DNA from: Eledone cirrhosa
Lineage: Eukaryota
Length of the DNA: 64,000 nucleotides
NCBI GenBank assembly: GCA_964016885.1
Contig: OZ024740.1
Location: 351,044,001-351,108,000 of the forward strand
Direction of reading: 5' to 3'
Shown here: positions 13,528 through 27,739 of the stretch, piece after piece
Layout of the letters: each line of letters opens with the position of its first letter
Position numbering within the stretch: position 1 is the first letter of the stretch
Translations under genes and position numbers: made by a program
Notes under the pieces: generated by a model
Told to the model about the DNA's origin: nothing
Seen by the model: the letters and a program-made list of their open reading frames with translations, nothing else
Databases searched by the model: none

Positions 13528-14480
13528 AAAGCCTTAAGCTATACTCTGACTGTCTACCATCTCACTCAACAAACATTAGGATATACCTTAGTATAATCCC
13601 AATTTTAAGTTTGGGGTGCTAACTATATGTATTTTGTGGAAAGCCAGTTGTATTATTTTATATGAGATATAATTAAAATTAAAATATATCTCTCTTTCCA
13701 AACAATTGTTTCATTATATGTTTTCTACAAGTTGGGAGAATGTTTCCGGGTTATGTAGAAGCCTGCATATTTTTCTGTAAGAACATATGCAGGTGGGCAC
13801 TTATAAATCATCAGTGGATGCCCGTCAAACATTGATATAAGAAAAAATCTTTTACCACTGTCAGTTTTCGTGTCAGCAAATTGTCCTACCACGCATCACA
13901 ATGACCGCCAAATTTGAAATTCCAGCAGTCTCAGAATGAGGAATTTCACAGCGTCACGAAGCGGAAAAGGGAGGCAATCGCGAAACACAAGAAAGTAAAA
14001 TAATTTACACGTAGGTCAATTAATTTTTTCAACAATTTTAACCCTGCGTGTTAAGAACTCAATTAGATTTTTTTTAAATAAATGTATGCATGTATTAATT
14101 ATACACGCATATAGATATTTTCTTAGGCTAAAAACAGAGATATGATACCAAAATAACAATCAATATTTCATAATAATAATAAATACGGAAAGTTACGCTT
14201 AAAAGGTATCTGGAAATATCCATCTCTGGCCAAATCAAGAGTAAAATATTCAATACATTAACAGAGAAAGCCTTAACCTATACTCTGACTGGCTACCATC
14301 TCACTCAACAAACATTAGGATATACCTTAGTATAATCCCAATTTTATGTTTGGGGTGCTAACTATATGTATTTTGTGGAAAGCCAGTTGTATTATTTTAT
14401 ATGAGATATAATTAAAATTAAAATATATCTCTCTTTCCAAACAATTGTTTCATTATAAGTTTTCTACAAGTTGGGAGAAT

Positions 14481-14484
<4 letters not shown>
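13528..14484 (-). mobile_element. non-coding 739-bp unit with 218-bp direct terminal repeats and a hammerhead (retrozyme-like)
   Basis: 13528-13745 repeated at 14267-14484; no ORF; hammerhead 13697-13818 on minus strand. Confidence 0.7.
13697..13818 (-). ncRNA. type I hammerhead with long stem II
   Basis: TCCA-CTGATGA-TTTATA..TATAAT-GAAAC-AATT-GTT-TGGA. Confidence 0.72.
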
Positions 14485-14554
<70 letters not shown>

Positions 14555-14582
14555 ATATATATATGTATATATATATAAATAA

Positions 14583-14669
<87 letters not shown>

Positions 14670-14675
<6 letters not shown>

Positions 14676-15025
14676 GAGACAGTAAACAAAATCCCCATGC
14701 ACACATGTATATATATGCACACATATATATATATATGCACGTATCGTTTTACCGAACATTTATTATAATGCTCGGTTTGTTTGTAAACAAACAAACAGCC
14801 CGAATTACACCTAAACACTGTACTGCGTAATTCAATACCTCAGAGTGCGTGGATATGTATCCACCCACTCTGATGTATTGACTGGTTGTAAACAATGTAT
14901 TGGAGATCGATTGACGAAACAGCAAGCGATTAGCGAGCTCTAGACCACCCAGATCAACGAAACAATTGTCAGCACTGTGAGTAAAGCCCTTATAGTACAG
15001 CCAACCATGTTTCTCGTATTTCTTG
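14670..15025 (+). mobile_element. short (TA)n-embedded element with degenerate hammerhead; related copy 38570-38670 (-)
   Basis: CTGATGT..TTGA/TCAA..GAAAC-AATT-GTC; shared GCGATTAGCGA..TACAGCCAACCATGTT. Confidence 0.5.
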
Positions 15026-15043
15026 AATTATATATATAATATA

Positions 15044-15132
<89 letters not shown>

Positions 15133-15346
15133 TATTAATAAAATAGATGTTCTTTTGATCAATTACATTTTATTATACATATTTCGGATGTACAACAGTA
15201 CGTCCTCATCAGACAAAATATAATGATACATGACATACCCTGAGATGTTAAATGGTTAAGATTTAATCAAATGCGTTGAGTGCTTCCAATCTACTGTAAA
15301 ACTCATTCTTTGACATAATCATCGAATATTGTTTAACAACTTAATA

Positions 15347-15429
<83 letters not shown>

Positions 15430-17402
15430 TGTATATAGTGGTCTTTAATAAAATATGAAAACCACCCAATCTTAGTGGAATGAAATGTATCATTATTTGC
15501 GAAAATTATTTTTTCATATTTACACCTTATCCTTTTACGACGTCAGCAAAGTTGGCGATGTATCCTCGTCTCAGTAATATCTAGTCGTGATTAAAGGAAA
15601 GATAACAAGTTAATACAAAATAATCAAATGAATGAATAATTAAGTGAAACCAAATTTATAATCTGTATATTTTGGCGACTGTTTTTAGAAGGTTGCCGAA
15701 TACTTTTTCTGTTCTGTTTCTTCGGCGATACATACGCAAGGATATAAAATATATATGAAGATTCAAATGGTGCCATGATGTCTTTATAGTCTACTTCTGC
15801 ACTCATCCACATATTTTATATCATTTGTGTGTTCGCACTCATTATCATATATTCAAACATTAATATGACTTCTTTATTTATCTATTATTTTCTATTAAAC
15901 TGACTGACATTTTGTACTTTAAAGAGAGATAGAACGAGCGAACGAGGGAACGTGGCAACTTTCATTGGTTGATTTGTTCGGTTACCATTTGTCCCTTCAT
16001 GTATATATACAGGCACGAATACATTCATATATACATTTATAGAGGCATATATACATTTCTTTCAAGAAAGAGTACATAAAAATTTGATAAAATATTTCAT
16101 GCTTCAAACAGTTAGTTTCCCTTATCATCAAAGATTATTGGGTTTTGTTACTCTATACGGTAATTGTATATATAAAGATACTTGACTTCCAATTCCTCCA
16201 TGTATTAAACTGCCTACGAGAATCTCGCTGCATGAGTTCTAATACCTATAATCTTCTGTGTTATCTGGAAGTATTTCATTACTTTTTCTCGACTACAACA
16301 TAGAGGACCCAAAGACGTCGCAGTCTTCTATGCTACTCAGTAAGGCTTGTATTGGCAATATTCCCCCACCAGAATATTCCACTCATCCGAGCCAGTGAAT
16401 TCTGTCGGACTGTTTTCTATGTTCAAATCTAAAACTCCTTTTTAAAAAAAAGTGTCCACCCGTCAATAATGTTCTGTTTAAAACCTCGGAAAGAAAAATT
16501 GATTGGCTCCTTATTCTGGATTCAACATACTAAAACAAAGTGTACATTCCAAGCTCTAACTACAGTTAAACGAATGGTTGGTGAGGAAGTAACAGACTCC
16601 ATTGTCAGTATGGAAGCCCAAAGAAATCATTCACAGAGACAAGAGTGCTAACAATAATCAAAGGAGTGCATGTATAAATATTTATTTAGCTTACACAGTC
16701 ATATAAGACAGTCTGGTTATGCAGAAACGTGTATGCCAAAGCTAAAACAAAAGGAAAGAAAACATTATAATAGCTGAATTTTTTTTATTATTGTCTGTTT
16801 ACCTGGAGCCTAGAGGAGTTGGTTATTCTTACGATATGAGAGGAGTGACCCTGAGTATTTATTGAGGGATGTAGAAGTCGAAATATTGTAGTGATTGAAT
16901 GGAAAGGAAGAAGGTGAATAGATCTTATGTTTTTATGTGGGGAAGTAAGCCGTCGGATATTTCACAGGGGCACATACAACCTATATGGTAGATATATAAG
17001 AAGGATACTACTTGGCAAAGGGTCATATGCTGTAAACTGATAATCGGCTAGATGAGAATTCATTTGGATACAAGTCGATGTAGTTCAAAGTGTGTGACTG
17101 TATGTGTATGTTTGTGTGTGTATGTGTATGTTTGTGTGTGTGTGCAGGAATGAACATCGTAATTTGAGTAGACATATCCCTCTTTGGTGTAAGCTAAACC
17201 TATGTTAGCTGCTTAAGAGGAAATATAGGCTTTGTATTGCCGACATGCAAATGGTAAAAATGTGGAATAAATATGAAAGGATATCGTGTAATGTATGCTC
17301 TAGCAATTTTTACAATATACATGATTCTTACATGCATGAATTATTCAGTGTAAACAGAACTAACTCCTAAGTTGATAGAGGTTTGGCCTTCTTGAAACTC
17401 CG

Positions 17403-17472
<70 letters not shown>

Positions 17473-17476
<4 letters not shown>

Positions 17477-17745
17477 GTGGAACACTGGAAGGTAATACCC
17501 GTAGTGGTAGAGCACTCAGTCCATGGGACGAGTTAGGTAGAAGTGGTTACACAACAGTTAGTTCACCATACCGAGGACTATTGTTTCACCTTAGCGGATC
17601 CTTAGGACAACCGTACGAACGCGCATGCGCGTTCGAACGGTTGTCCTTCCTGTTCCTATAACCATACCCATTCTGAGCTGAGGATCCGCTAAGGTGAAAC
17701 AATTGTTCTCCGTATGGTGAACTAACTGTTGTGTAACCACTTCTA
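17473..17745. mobile_element. short inverted-repeat PLE-derived element with hammerhead
   Basis: Arms 17538-17602/17681-17745, internal palindrome 17604-17647, (TA)n both sides. Confidence 0.75.
17675..17710 (+). ncRNA. minimal type I hammerhead
   Basis: GAG-CTGAGGA-TCC-GCTAA-GGT-GAAAC-AATT-GTT-CTC. Confidence 0.8.
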
Positions 17746-17770
17746 TATATATATATATATATATATATAT

Positions 17771-18122
17771 CCAAAATTAAGATAGATTAAAAGAATTCAA
17801 TCAGAATCGAAATTGTGGGTGTCATTCCTTAACGGAATGCGCCATATCGCCCGGAAAATAAGCTCTAGGACTTTGTAGGTACGAGCATTTAATAATAACT
17901 AGGAATTGATCAACATATATATAAATAAATATAAACATGAAAAATCACAGGAGATAATTTCTACAAGCGTGTAACCACGCATGGCTAGTAGGTAACAAGT
18001 AAATAAAGTTAACTAGAACTTCAAAATATATACCTTTTAATGATTAATCTTCCCTGTAGAAATTATCTCCTGTGATTTTTCATGTTTATATTTATTTATA
18101 TATATGTTGATCAATTCCTAGT

Positions 18123-18127
<5 letters not shown>
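17771..18127. mobile_element. inverted-repeat element with tail in (TA)n
   Basis: 73-bp arms 17893-17965/18055-18127; tail 17771-17892 related to 51770-51865. Confidence 0.65.
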
Positions 18128-18165
<38 letters not shown>

Positions 18166-18166
18166 C

Positions 18167-18248
<82 letters not shown>

Positions 18249-18871
18249 TGAAAATTTAAGCAATTGTAACGGAATATGTCTGGGGCACAATTTTTCGGTC
18301 AGATTGCTGAATGTAGTTACAATAATTCGCCCCCCTTTAGGTTCAGCGCTTGGCAGCGGTAGATGCAGAGGTATAAACAAACAGGTGAACTAGGAATATA
18401 TTGAGTACACATTAAAAATGCAGTTGGAAGCGAAGCGGTTACCTGTTGTGACATCTTTTTCTGAAAGGGTATAGTACAATTTTGTAAGCTATCTAATTTA
18501 TAATTAATTAAATTCCTGAAAATTGGATGACGTTTTTTAGCTAGGGCAAATCGTGAGCTTACAAACAATCGCTACACAATGGTTATGAATGTGCCTTTGT
18601 TTTCATGTGCTGGCTTATACTGACGGTTGATACTTCTCTACGAGTAAACTGCATTTGTCTGTATCTCAACAACATATCTTCTCATAAATCTGTTAGTCAA
18701 TAGAATTCGTTGAACGTGAAGTGTTATAAACCCAATGGAACCATATTTAGGATTCCATTGAGTGTCTTGTCTAGATCGTCACATAAAACTCATCTGCTTA
18801 TCCCTTCTATACATCATATCATAAAACTTATAGTTGTCAAACTTGGAGACACTGTATCGTTCATCACTAAA

Positions 18872-19059
18872 TAATTGTTTCTACTTTAGGCACAAGGCCA
18901 GCAATTACGCAGTGCATTACTGGTACTTTGTTTTATCGACCCCGTAAGGATGAAAGGCAAAGTCAACCTCGGCGGGATTTGAACTCAGATCGTAAAGGGA
19001 CGTAACTATGCTGGAAAGCATGGCGTCCGACCCTCCACTGATACTGCCAATCCACGCCT
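18872..19059 (-). mobile_element. SINE family A with target-site duplication
   Basis: Full body; TCACTAAATAAT on both sides. Confidence 0.9.
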
Positions 19060-19293
19060 TCACTAAATAATACAGCCACATCCGTTATCCCTTTTCCAAC
19101 CGATGTGCTGCAATTCTGAGTGGTTATCTCAACAAATGGCAAGTTGTGAGTCCTTATTTTTTTTTCTCTTAGTAGCATCAAAATCCTTCAGATAGGAAGA
19201 AATAAATCCCGTGTGTTTTTTGTGCCTCAATTACAACTGAACATTTTTGGAAATAATATCATTTTTAATGAGTGAACGAAAGAGCCTCTATGT

Positions 19294-19582
19294 CAGGCAT
19301 GGGTAACTTTGGGCCCGTGAAGCTTTCTGAAAGGTTCGCCTAAGTCACCTAAGTGAAATCTTTCTGATGTTTTTACCCTAACTTTTCAGTCGTAATCTAT
19401 CCTTCTATCATTTTTATGATCGAGTAAAACAACGTGTGCGAATTCTGAAGAAACAAATCAAAACAACCTGAGTTACCGCCCTTTTTTTAATGTGGGCATG
19501 AATGAAATTAGCGTTTGCGGTCTGCCTGATGATGAGCCATATCTCATGCGGCCCGCTTCTTGAAATAGGTTGCCCATGCCTG
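19294..19582. mobile_element. hAT (Charlie-like) MITE
   Basis: TIRs CAGGCATGGGTAAC / GTTGCCCATGCCTG; 8-bp TSD CTCTATGT at 19286-19293 and 19583-19590; related 3' fragment near 59725-59793. Confidence 0.9.
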
Positions 19583-21100
19583 CTCTATGTCGTCACTATC
19601 TACTAAAAATATTACCCATATGTTACTTGAAAAAAGTGAACACATTGGACACTGCAGTTTCTGATATACAAAAACAAAAGGTGGTCACAAAGGGATAATT
19701 TTGTATTTTATTTCTGCTAGATTACGACTGGCTTTTTATTATACATCATTTGCTATGTATCTTAAAGAAATCAGTAGATATAAAAAGAAAACACTGCTTT
19801 TAGGATTCCTTTGACTGTCTTAGATAAATCGTCACGTTGAATGTTGTATCTATATTTAAGTAATCGTGTTCCGAATTATGCTGTAATATTTCTTTTTTTT
19901 TTTCGTTTGTCGTGTTAACACTTGTTTTGTAATGAAGTAATTTATTAATTGAAGTTAGATTTATTTTTATCGTAAAGACTTCTACTGTATTCCACATAAC
20001 ATATTCTCAATTCAAATAACAACTAGCAGACTGAATTGATCCTTATCATTTCTCTATAATGCTTCGAAGACAGTCATTAGGGTGCTGGATTAACTACCTG
20101 GTATTTGTTCCAGCTCACTGCACTCTGAGTTTAATACCTGTCGAGAGCAACTTTGTCTTTCATCATTTCGAGGTCAGTACATGAAGTACCAGCCTACTTT
20201 AGTCGATTGTTTTTTTTCTTTCTTCTTCCTTCGCTGGAAGAAATCGGTTATGCTCAGACCTCGTTGGCTCCACTGGCTTAAAATGCGCAAGACATACTGT
20301 GTTTTTTGAAGATGCGGGTGCGTCCTTACGTTTCCATCAGGAGTTAAAGTCTTTTTCCTATTCCTTCCTATGCTATGAGATGATTCTTCACCCCCTACAT
20401 TGTTTATGTGCCAACTCATAAATCTGGTAAATAGTAGACCAACGGGCAACTAAAGTTTCGAATACTACTAGATACATCATATAAAAACAATTGCAGATAA
20501 GTAGATATATGTGAATTCAGAAGACTTCAAACTTTTTCTTACCAAAACTTCATATTCCATTGTAATTTTCTTTTTTCCAAAAATTTCCTGTCCAATATTC
20601 ATTGCTATCGTAAAATCTGAGCATTCTTATAATGGTGTTTATAATCCAGTTTATTGTTAGTATTAAGATATAAAAATTATATATGATATATTCATACGTC
20701 TTAATTCCCAATTCTACACATAAAAATATGCCGAGCGGTTATTTTGAATGCGTGCTATGGATATATTTCATATTTGGAAATAAGTAAGTCCACATGCAAC
20801 AAACAAACTCGATCTGGCAGATAATTATCAAATTACCTACTCGCAAGTCCCCATAAAATTCATACATGCATTCACTTTGGAAGTATGTTAGAAGTTAGTG
20901 TCTAAAAATCGATAGAATAAATAGATTTTCTCACTGCTAGTAAATAGAGAAAGTAGATAATTATTCTGACATGGAGAAATTTCACTACAGTACTGTTAGT
21001 ATAATACTTGCTATATGGGAACTAGTAGTTAGTGCTTTACTGACTAACAGATAGAGTTTCTGAATTATATTTCGCAATGTTATTCAGAAAATAACGTGCG

Positions 21101-21199
<99 letters not shown>

Positions 21200-21228
21200 C
21201 GCAAAAATACACAAACACATACATTCAA

Positions 21229-21269
<41 letters not shown>

Positions 21270-21386
21270 CATTTACTGAATGGTGATTCATGTTAAGATT
21301 TATTGCTTGATATACGATTCTCAGAATTATCCTCTAAGCATTTATTTTATTGTATTCGTGAAATAGAGCCTATGCAAATATATATG

Positions 21387-21457
<71 letters not shown>

Positions 21458-22029
21458 ATGATATGATATGATATGCATAGGAATAGGAATAATTTTCATT
21501 CGACTACCTGCTGTCCAATTCTCTTGTACTATAGATGATATTCTATGCGATACAGTATACGCGTCCCTTTATGCGCCGAAGAGTCTCATGTGTATGAATT
21601 TATGTAACTGTGTGTGAATATCAGTGTGGGAATTTTAAATAGAATGGTAGTTTCTATTTTGTATATACAAACATCTACAAATATACAATTTCTTTTCATC
21701 GTACAAAACAATAACCAATGTGTTCCAGTAGCGAATTACCCAATTTAAAATTCATATCAAAAGAATCACCAGGAGACACATGATGTGTTCTTTGGCCTTT
21801 TTGCAACGGATTTATACAAAAGCTAGTCGCCAATTGCTTTCTCTGCTGTATAGTCACTAAGTAAGCAGTAGGTTATCTGGTCAGTGCTGAAAAAGGTGAA
21901 CTTTTGTTAAAGCAATCAAAATAATAATAATAGAGTATTACTTCTCCGTCTAAATAGATAGATAACGGTTCACCTTCTAAATACAACCAACTGCATCCAA
22001 TAAAAAAATTATTATTATTATCATTATTA

Positions 22030-22619
22030 TTGGCAGTATTTGTAGAGGGTCGGCCGCCATGCTTTGTAGCATAGAGTTACGGCTCTTTATGAACTGAGTT
22101 CAAACCCCGCCGAAGTTAACTTTGGCTTTCATCCTTACGGGGTCGATAAAATAAAGTACCAGTCACGCACTGGAGTCGATTTAATCGACTTTCCCCTCCC
22201 CTTCAAATTAGTGACCTTGTGCCTATACTAGAAATAATAATTATTATTATTAATTGGCAGTATTGGTAGAGGGTCGGACGCCATGCTTTGCAGCAAAGAG
22301 TTATGACTCTTTATGGTCTGAGTTCAAATCCCGCCGAGGTTAAATTTGCCTTTCCTCCTTACAGGGTGGATAAAATAAAGTACTAGTAATACACTGGGAT
22401 AATTGCTGGCCTTGTGCCAAAAGTAGAAACAATTATTATTATGATTTCTGATGTAGGCACAAGGACAGCAATTCAGGGGGAGGGCAATGTAAAATAAATC
22501 GACCAAGTCCATTACTGGCACTTTATTTTATCAAATTCGAACTCAGAACTTAAAGGGCCTTAACTCTATGCCATGTAGCATGGTGTCCGCCGCTCCACCG
22601 ATACTGCCAATCCACCGCC
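22030..22619. mobile_element. cluster of three SINE A copies (+,+,-)
   Basis: ~22030-22250 (+), ~22253-22440 (+), ~22445-22619 (-), each with the SINE A body. Confidence 0.85.
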
Positions 22620-22749
22620 ATTCAAAACGACAACACGTGTTTTAACCTCGCGCCGAAGGTTGATCGCTATTTCAATTTTGTTTTTTGTGACTTAAGGAAT
22701 TCCCCCTCCCCTTATATGGGGCTGGTCGACTTTATTCATTTCTCCCATT

Positions 22750-24030
22750 TAAGACAAAAATTATTACACAAGCCCGACCGGCTAGTTTTTGTTCACCTAA
22801 TTTAAATATACCAATATCGTTCCAGATTTTATGCATTTGTTTCCTATAAGCTTTTTTAGTGGGTTCACTTTCAGATAACATTTCATTACAGTTTTATTCA
22901 ATTCCTTCGTCCTGTTGGTTCTTCCCTCATTCCTTCTCTTCCTCCAGCACCAGCAGTATTTGGGTGAGAGTTAGATCCCTGCTGCTGGGACAGGAAACAC
23001 TAGACGGGTCAGAGCCCTTCATACGAGGTTTCATCCCCCTTTTCACCATTATTTTAACTATTTAGGTTTGACATTTAAGCACTCATAAAAAGGATTAGGG
23101 AATTTATGGTTGCACTGACACCAATGTTTTTGACTAGACACCATCACTTGGGACAGCATCTTCGGCAAAGATTTCGTTTTAAGGAAGTTAGCTCTTTTTT
23201 TTTTTTTTTTTTTTTTACATCTTCTTAGTCTCTGCGGTTTTGCTTGTATCTTTTGCTTGATTTCTTTCTAGTATGCTGTCCGGTTGGCCTTGTATTTCTT
23301 CCTCAGCCTGGAAAGCTTTTGGGGGATGATGTCAGTTCCCTTATCTATTTCGGATACGAGAGCGACATCTCTCCTCAATTCTGTAATTTTGTTCTTCAGC
23401 TGTGTCTGTCATTTCAGTATTCCCTTTGTGTTTATTTTCCCTGTTCGTATTTTGGGGTGCAGCTTGCCACTAATCACGGTTGCTGTGGCATATAGCAGCT
23501 GATTAATCTCATCAAGTGTCAGTGGTTTTCCGTGTTTGCCTCTGAATACCTCTAGTGCTTTGTTAGCTAGGTTGACCTTCTTTAGCCGATGCATGACTTT
23601 GGGCACTTTCTAGAGTTTTGTCCGATCTATCAAGTCCTGCATTTTCAGGATCTCTCACTCACGCAGAATATCTTCCATCATTGTCCAGATAGCCGCATCA
23701 ACCAGTGAGCCTTCACCTACATGTTCATGTTCAGGGAGGTTCTCATCTGTGGGAGTCTCAGCTATACTGTCACTGCTGCTTCTGTTGTATGCAGGTCTCC
23801 TTCTTGACTCAGGTCGTTATGTTGCTTACTTATCTCTGGTTTGATGGATTCTAGTTCTGATTCAGTGAGACCTTTGCTCCCCATAATGTCTCTTCTCACA
23901 TTAGCTAACTTATTCATGTCCATGTATTCTCTAGAGTTAGGGTTGGTATTCCTCCAGATACTATACGTTTCTTGCGTTGACGAGTTCTCTCTCGGAAACA
24001 GGATGGCAGTATAGTACGCAGCCATCACAT
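22750..24030 (-). pseudogene. N-terminal region of an R4/Dong-like LINE ORF, decayed
   Basis: YSIWRNTNP..MNKLANVRRDIMGSKGLTESELESIK and LTLDEINQLLYATATVI resemble R4/Dong N-termini. Confidence 0.55.
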
Positions 24031-24058
24031 ATGCCGCCCCGCCCCCCACACACACATA

Positions 24059-24094
<36 letters not shown>

Positions 24095-24309
24095 TCGATA
24101 GACTTTCGTCAAATCGGACCGAGGAAACAATGTTTCCGTTGGTTTTTCCAGTTGCTAGTACTATCTATCGGTCGCAACTCCAGGTAGAAGGAGCAGCGTG
24201 AAATAAAGTGTCTTGCTCAAGGACATAACGCACGGCCGGTCCAGCAATCGAACTCTCAACCTCAAGATTGTGAATCTAATTCTCTAACCACTCAGACACA
24301 CGCCTTCAC
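24095..24309 (-). mobile_element. tRNA-derived SINE, family B
   Basis: Minus strand GAGTGGTTAGAG..GAGTTCGATT (A/B-box-like) followed by TGTCCTTGAGCAAGACACTT conserved SINE central motif. Confidence 0.75.
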
Positions 24310-24379
24310 AAAATGTAGCAAAATAGGCTGTATTATGGAGAAAATCAGGAATATAAAGAAACAACTAAATCCCGTGCAA

Positions 24380-25685
24380 GAGACCCGGCTCCACAAAAAA
24401 GCAATAAGATATTCCGGTGAAATACCAAGATCAACACCAGATACTTGTCTAAGAGAGGCGTTCGACACAGTAATTGTCAAGGCCTCTAGAAGATAATGTT
24501 TAAATTTGGTTATACAGACAAATTTACTAATATTATCAAATAATTTCACGATGTCATGCTGGCTCATGTCCTTGATGATGGTGAAGCATTGGCAAACTTA
24601 CCTATCAGCAATGGTGTAAAGCAAGGCTGTGTACTAACAACAATCCTGTTCAGTGTGATATTGGCAGTGCTCACTAGGCCTGCGTGGATAATCCTCCTCC
24701 AGGTGTTCTCTTCTGTTATAGAATGAATGGTGAGCATCACCACCACTAAGTTCAACCTTCTCTTTGGAAATGATTGTGCACTCAAAACCAACACGGTAAA
24801 AGTCATACATCAAAGCATGGACAGACTCTCTTTCATCTGTGTCAATTTTACTATTGCAAAGAACAAAATAAAAACAACTGAAGTGATGTATCATCTCGCA
24901 GTAGGACACGAATACACCGAACCAAACATAATGGTCAAAGACAATTATCACCTATCACGGGAAAAGTTCACAAACCTTGATAGCCTTCTTTCCAAACACG
25001 CTTACATCGATGATGTAGGGGAGCCAAAGCTTGGAAGACTACAAACTACCATTTGGGAACGTAGATGTATTAGAGTCCCTACCAAGCATTCGTACACTCG
25101 GCACTTCTCATACCAGCGAGACATGAACTGTTTACAGCAAGCACGATACAATAGACGATAAGGTTTCACCGAACATATCTTCGCATTAAGTAATAAGATA
25201 AAGTTAAAGACGCGTAAGTGCTCCCATGGACGAAGCTTCCTTCAATAAAAATAATTTACTAGAAAACATCAAGTTGGCTTGACAGGTTATGTATACTGTA
25301 TAAACAATAGGGTCATACTAAATCAACCAGTCTGTTGTAGGCTCGCTACGGGGAAGAAAACTGTTGGTATCATGAAAAAAAGTTACGTGGATAGAATGAA
25401 ATTTACCCCGATAGCCATTAGCATTGACAAAAAGTACTGGGAGCAATGTTCTCAGAACATAACTTTACGGAATAGTCTCGTAGATGAAGGTACAAAATGG
25501 TAAAGCAAAAACATACATCAAGGCAGCGGAAAGCAGATATGAGCTCCGCAAAGTTTAATCAACAGGTACCTCAACTTCTGTTATTTCCGTGCCAGAATCG
25601 ACCTCCCAGACCATCCACGGCCATGCAAATCCTAATTAATCAAGTATCCAAAATGTTGGCCTTTATCGGTTATCGATAGAGAACA
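24380..25685 (+). pseudogene. decayed RTE-clade LINE RT and 3' end
   Basis: NGVKQGCVL, LLFGNDCAL, frame-broken downstream RTE motifs. Confidence 0.75.
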
Positions 25686-26805
25686 ATACAACATGCCAGG
25701 TAACCGCTCTCTAGCGTATAGTCGATTTCATCGATCCTACTATTTGGTCTATCGACTAATATTTATTTCATATTTGCTTCAATTCAGATATCTGCTAACA
25801 AGAGATCTATTGGAGGTAATCTTGGAAGCTACTAGAAACTGTGTATGGTCTAGTAGTCAGCAACCAGTACCATGTTTAGTTGATAAAGTGAGTGAACTGT
25901 TAACACTTTACGGGACGAAAAGCACGACCAGTCAACGAGTGGATGAACTGAGCAGAGTCGACAGCCATCGAATATAGACTAGAGGATTCATGGAATCACT
26001 TGAAATCAGCGAAGATACGTCATACTGTGAAAGTCTACCGACGAGCCATTGCTGTGGCTTTATTATCAGTATTTCTTGACCCTTTTCATGCCTGCTGTGC
26101 AAAGAATTTTAGGACATACATTTGTTGCGAGCACTATTATGAAATAATGTATACTGGATCAATCACCATACCACCCACGATCCCGGGGTTAATACAAATT
26201 ATGCTAGATGTCTCCCGCTAACAGAAACAACAGACGAAATCATTAGAATGCAAGAAATCAAGTCTTTATCTGTCTCAGCGGAAAATCAGAATGTTCCTAG
26301 GCAGAGAAAACACTTTGTTACATTGGAAAGATACAAGGTCGAAGTAGCTTCTCTGTGTGAGATCACACTGCCTGACATGAGCGTGGTCATGGGGGTTTAT
26401 ATTTCTTCATAACCCGTTCTTTGGTCATGCCATTTATTATAATGAATACTTATATAGTAAAATGCATGAAATGATATTTACATGTATTTTGTTTCATTAA
26501 ACCGGTTCCTGTCTACCATATATCAATCAAGTTTAATTTTCAACTTGTTATGGCATCGATTCTTTGTATTACCTGTTAGCTTGTTCACATGGTTTTTCAG
26601 GCTTCTTCTATTTTCAAACATGCAGGTGTTCAAACTATTAAACTACATTGCTGTCTTAATTATCCCCCGAAGACGGTGATAAACGTAGTATTCACATTTA
26701 ATTGAATATGTAGAACAAATATCCATTTTTGTGTTAATTAAACTTCAGATACTTTAGATTAATGCGCATAATAAAATACTTGGAACTCTTTTAACGATCT
26801 TTTGA

Positions 26806-26808
26806 TCT

Positions 26809-26878
<70 letters not shown>

Positions 26879-26901
26879 ATATATATATATTATATATATA
26901 T

Positions 26902-26934
<33 letters not shown>

Positions 26935-26948
26935 ATATATATATATAT

Positions 26949-27017
<69 letters not shown>

Positions 27018-27020
27018 ATA

Positions 27021-27087
<67 letters not shown>

Positions 27088-27096
27088 ATTTCACGC

Positions 27097-27128
<32 letters not shown>

Positions 27129-27130
27129 TA
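26806..27130. repeat. interrupted (TA)n with short fold-back of flank
   Basis: TTAATTTCACGC(TA)nGCGTGAAATTAA at ~27084-27143. Confidence 0.85.
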
Positions 27131-27739
27131 GCGTGAAATTAATTATGTTAGATATTACATTCGAAGATATTATATTATTCGTTATGTGTACAAAAAGAAG
27201 AAAAGAAAACTTATGTCTCTTCAAATAAAATTAGCCAACACTAGTTTACATTAAACTGATGATGTGACTCTGTGCAAATTATTATTTGTTATTCATAAAA
27301 TATTAGTGAGAACAATAACATTATTAAATCAATTACACCATAGAAATATTTAAGATATCAGTTAAAAAAAAATTCTGTAGTAATGAATATATTGGAATAA
27401 GAGCTAAATAATGAGAGATTATGAGATATCAGAAAGTGGATTAAAATGAATGAAGGAAAGATTACTAATTAAGATAAGAAGGCGTAAAAAAAACCCTAAC
27501 ATGAAGTTTTGTAATAAACGAAAGTATAAACAGTCGGATGATCAAAACTAAATTTTGTGTATAAAGTTGAATTTGAGATGGTATAAAATTAACTACAATA
27601 CTAATTAAAGGGGCTAAATCAACAAAAAGGAAGTTTCATAGGAATGTGTTGGTAATAAGTTTCAAGTTATATAACTTGAAGAAGAATAAATCTGATGTTA
27701 AAGAACTAAATTAATGACATAGCAATTCCTAAAACAACC

